Shown here: piece after piece, positions 61,101 through 64,000 of the stretch
How positions within the stretch are numbered: position 1 is the first letter of the stretch
Layout of the letters: each line of letters opens with the position of its first letter
Assembly: GCA_964234715.1 (NCBI GenBank)
Contig: OZ174279.1
DNA length: 64,000 nucleotides
Origin: Podarcis melisellensis
Lineage: Eukaryota
Reading direction: 5' to 3' (one strand)
The notes under the pieces: generated by a model
What the model saw: the letters and a program-made list of their open reading frames with translations, nothing else
What the model was told of the DNA's origin: nothing
Databases searched by the model: none
Made by a program: the position numbers and the translations under genes

Positions 61101-62943
61101 TCATGGCTAGTGATAACTGTTAGGCAAATTCATGGAAGTTAAGGCCCTTTTAAAGCAACCTCCATGGGTGGCTATCACTACATCTTTGTGGTAACAAATC
61201 CCACAGTCTAAGATTGGAAATCTTTGCTAGGATCCTGGTGACTGTAGCTCAGATCCATGGGTGGGGAAGGGAAAACGTGACTACTGCTAGGCCACACCTG
61301 CTCCTTAACGTCTAGTGCCTGACATCCTCAGTCGGCTCCCCTTCATTGACTTCTGCTTAGTGGTGAATCTGAGCATGATGATGTTATGGCAGAATCCAAT
61401 TTGGATTGCAAGGGTGGAGAAACGGGGGGGGGGGCAATCTAGATGCAGTATGACCAGTGGGCCAGGGCACAGCCCCCAGGGAGCCCCAGAAGAGCTGAGG
61501 CAGCATCGTGGCCAGGGGATGAGTCGTTGGACAGCAAAGGGGAGCACAAGATGCTACACCCTCCCTCCCCAGGGGCTGGGGGTTCATCAGGATACCGGCA
61601 ATGAGAAGGAGGCGGCACTATGAGGAGGAGGAGAGCCAGTGTGGTGTGGTGGTTAAGAGCGGTAGTCTCGTAATCTGGGGAACCGGGCTCGCGTCTCTGC
61701 TCCTCCACATGCAGCTGCTGGGTGACCTTGGGCCAGTCACACTTCTCTGAAGTCTCTCAGCCCCACTCACCTCACAGAGTGTGTGTTGTGGGGGAGGAAG
61801 GGAAAGGAAATTGTTAGCCGCTTTGAGACTCCTTCGGGTAGTGATAAAGTGGGATATCAAATCCAAACTCCTCTTCTTCTACTACTACCACTGCCCCAGC
61901 TTCGAAGGCCCAGCGCGGACGTGGCTTGGCTTACCTTGCCTCCCCACAGGAACCTGTAGTGGGGGCACCTGGTTGTACCCTATCAGACGTGTATGCCCAG
62001 GGACAGGGCCCCCTGCCCACCCACCCCCACGCTTCACCTCTGAGTTTCCCTACCAGCTTTGGCTGGAGAAGATGCAAGGTTGAAGTTACTGAAGGTCTTA
62101 GAGGCCTGTGTAATAGCAGAATTCTTGGAGGAATTCCTGTATATGAAAACCAATATCCTAGAAGCTCCACTTGGAATTTGCATAATGGCTGCCATGGGCG
62201 GCAGAAGAAGGGGAGCTGGTAATCTATACTGGTGATACGTACCATCACATCACACACACAAAACACTGACTGAATCTGAATTCTAACTGCAGAAAAGTGG
62301 CATGGATTGCACTCCTCTTAGAATAAACCTTTTTAACTTGGATATTGCAATCTTGGATAATATTTAATGCTGTATTGTTTTTAACACTCGACTGGAAGCC
62401 ACCCAGAGTGGTTGGGGAAACTCAGCCAGATGGACGGGGTATAAATAATAAATTATCTTTATTGGATTAATATTCTTGACCTTGCCAACAGCCACACTTT
62501 TAATTGCAAGTTTAATCATGTTTGTGGTTTAAAGAAATCGAAAGCCAGGGCAAATAACCCCAGAGAACAACAGAGAACATCATAGAATTGTAGAGTTGGC
62601 AGGGACCCCAAGGGTCATCTAGTCCAACCCCCTGAAATGCAGGAATCTAATATCGTATTTTAAGCGTATCTTAGTCCTCAAAAGCAGAACTCCAAAAGTA
62701 AAGTCTCCATCAAAACCCAGCAGGTACATTAAGACAACAATAATGTCAAATAAAATAATGTCACCTATTATTAAGGGCCCAATTCATTATTTTGTGCCTA
62801 AGGCAAACAAGGTACCGTATGTTTGCTTGGAGAGCAACAACCTCCATACCTTTAAGCAGCAATCTGAATTCTCTCAGCAGCTCCTCCTGGGTGATTAAGG
62901 CTCCAGGAGGTCCTGGTGGACCAGGGGGTCCTGGAATGCCAAA
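58101..62943 (-). CDS. ERFE: Erythroferrone (FAM132B/C1QTNF15/myonectin), last six coding exons: short collagen segment and C1q/TNF-like domain; 5' exons lie beyond the window
   Basis: Spliced minus-strand peptide [32 protein letters not shown]...RVQAAFHCR...[30 protein letters not shown]...[18 protein letters not shown]...[32 protein letters not shown]; tail-to-tail with ILKAP as in mammals. Confidence 0.93.
58536..58614 (-). CDS. ERFE: ERFE exon (79 nt)
   Basis: minus strand tttcag|T...CAG|gtgagt; [26 protein letters not shown]. Confidence 0.93.
59218..59308 (-). CDS. ERFE: ERFE exon (91 nt)
   Basis: minus strand ttacag|TT...CAT|gtgagt; [29 protein letters not shown]. Confidence 0.93.
59846..59954 (-). 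CDS. ERFE: ERFE exon (109 nt)
   Basis: minus strand gcgtag|CCT...TTG|gtaagt; [36 protein letters not shown]. Confidence 0.93.
60475..60698 (-). CDS. ERFE: ERFE exon (224 nt)
   Basis: minus strand gctcag|GT...ATA|gtgagt; [25 protein letters not shown]...[29 protein letters not shown] (core of track ORF 60349..60738). Confidence 0.92.
60925..61215 (-). mobile_element. CR1 LINE 3' fragment
   Basis: GGATCAGACCA...AGTCCAACATTCCGTTCTCACAGTGGCCA; colinear with 30850-31182. Confidence 0.6.
61631..61890 (+). mobile_element. Squam3-type (Ther1/MIR-related, tRNA-derived) SINE, well-preserved copy
   Basis: GAGAGCCAGTGTGGTGTGGTGGTTAAGAGCGG head, GTGACCTTGGGCCAGTCAC core, L2-like TTAGCCGCTTTGAG...ATCCAAACTC(TTC)n tail. 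Confidence 0.8.
62850..62943 (-). CDS. ERFE: ERFE exon (94 nt), collagen-like segment
   Basis: minus strand ttctag|TTT...AAAG|gtatgg; [31 protein letters not shown]. Confidence 0.92.
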
Positions 62944-63244
62944 CTAGAAGCGAAAGAAATGGAGGACAGTATTTTAGATCCATATTTATTCACATCAACC
63001 ACCAAACCTATTGTCTGTCTAGCTATCATCAACTCTCAGTCTCTGAGCTCCTAAAGGCTGCTTCTGTTTGTTTGATGTGCTCTTGCTTCAAGATGCTTTA
63101 CTTCATTGCCTGAAAGGGGCTCCAGTACTAGGAGGGAAGAGAAAGGTCTTTTTTACTTGCAAAGGTTCACATGGGAAGATACGTCTCATATCAACATCAA
63201 CATGACTCCCTCTCCCCAAGCCATTCATGAAATAAATATTCACC

Positions 63245-63455
63245 TTCTATTTATTTTACTGTTGCATTTTAATCCCACCTTTCCTCCAGAGTGTTCAAGG
63301 CGGCACATAGGTTCTCCTGTTTTATCCTCAAAACAACCCTGTGGGGTATGCTAGGTAGAAAGACAGTTTCTGACCCAAGGTCACCTAATGACTAACTGGG
63401 GATTTGAACCCTCATTTCCCAGGTCCTGGTCCAACACTCTAACCAGCACAACACA
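63245..63455 (-). mobile_element. Older Squam3/MIR-like SINE, reverse orientation
   Basis: CAACCCTGTGGGGT, GACCCAAGGTCACC and GGGATTTGAACC are reverse complements of the core and B box. Confidence 0.6.
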
Positions 63456-64000
63456 ACAGACCTTGTACATTTATATTCGGCCTTTCTTCTCTCATGGAAC
63501 CAAAGATGGTGTATATGTTGCTCCCACACACTCCTCATATCCCTGTCAGACCATACTCTAGGAATTTGTATGCTGAAGATCCTATGAGTGGGATTTGGTG
63601 AAACACTATTACCAGAGGGAGCATTCTTTCTTTCACAAGGTTTTCATTTCTGTGCAGCAATTTCTCTGTGACTCTTAAAGTGCATGCAGCCATGAACCAC
63701 TGCTTGAGGGGGGGGCGACTTTAAATTGTCTTGGTTAAATTTAGGGAGGCTCCAACAGTTAGGAAGGCTCAGAATGTCAATCTGAGGACATGTTTGCATT
63801 ACCAGCTTACAGTGCAGTGCAGTGAAGGGTTATTTTTTTGGGGGGGGGTTACCCACAGTCGCCCCCCTCACCCACTGTACACATCAGCACAGTTTCATTA
63901 GGGTCAGATTCACTTCTGTCGTTTCCCCCCATGCAAAGGTGTTTACACCCTGACTGGAGATGAATTAGGAACAACTTAAGATTTCAATCAGCATGAGCCT

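Overview
Vertebrate genomic DNA, most likely from a lacertid lizard (inferred from Sauria SINE and Squam3-type SINE copies). Three intron-containing genes can be rebuilt by hand from splice sites, reading-frame phase and recognisable peptide. (1) The 3' half of the neuronal kinesin-3 KIF1A (+ strand): 21 constitutive coding exons from 2445 to the stop at 37891, two frame-preserving microexons (27 and 24 nt), one GC-AG intron, and an approximately 4 kb 3'UTR. (2) The complete 12-exon PP2C phosphatase ILKAP (+ strand, 44720-54931, 394 aa) with a CpG-island promoter. (3) The last six coding exons of erythroferrone ERFE/FAM132B (- strand, 62943 to 58101), convergent with ILKAP. Introns carry SINEs, CR1/L2 fragments and many MITEs, several with intact TIRs and TSDs, and there is one 152-N assembly gap. 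Almost all ORFs in the supplied track are spurious. I found no evidence of a novel multi-gene system. The most interesting region is the 13 kb KIF1A intron 15052-28055: two microexons with dense splicing-regulator motifs, plus a candidate stop-containing exon between them. Gene identities rest on remembered vertebrate protein sequences, not on database searches.
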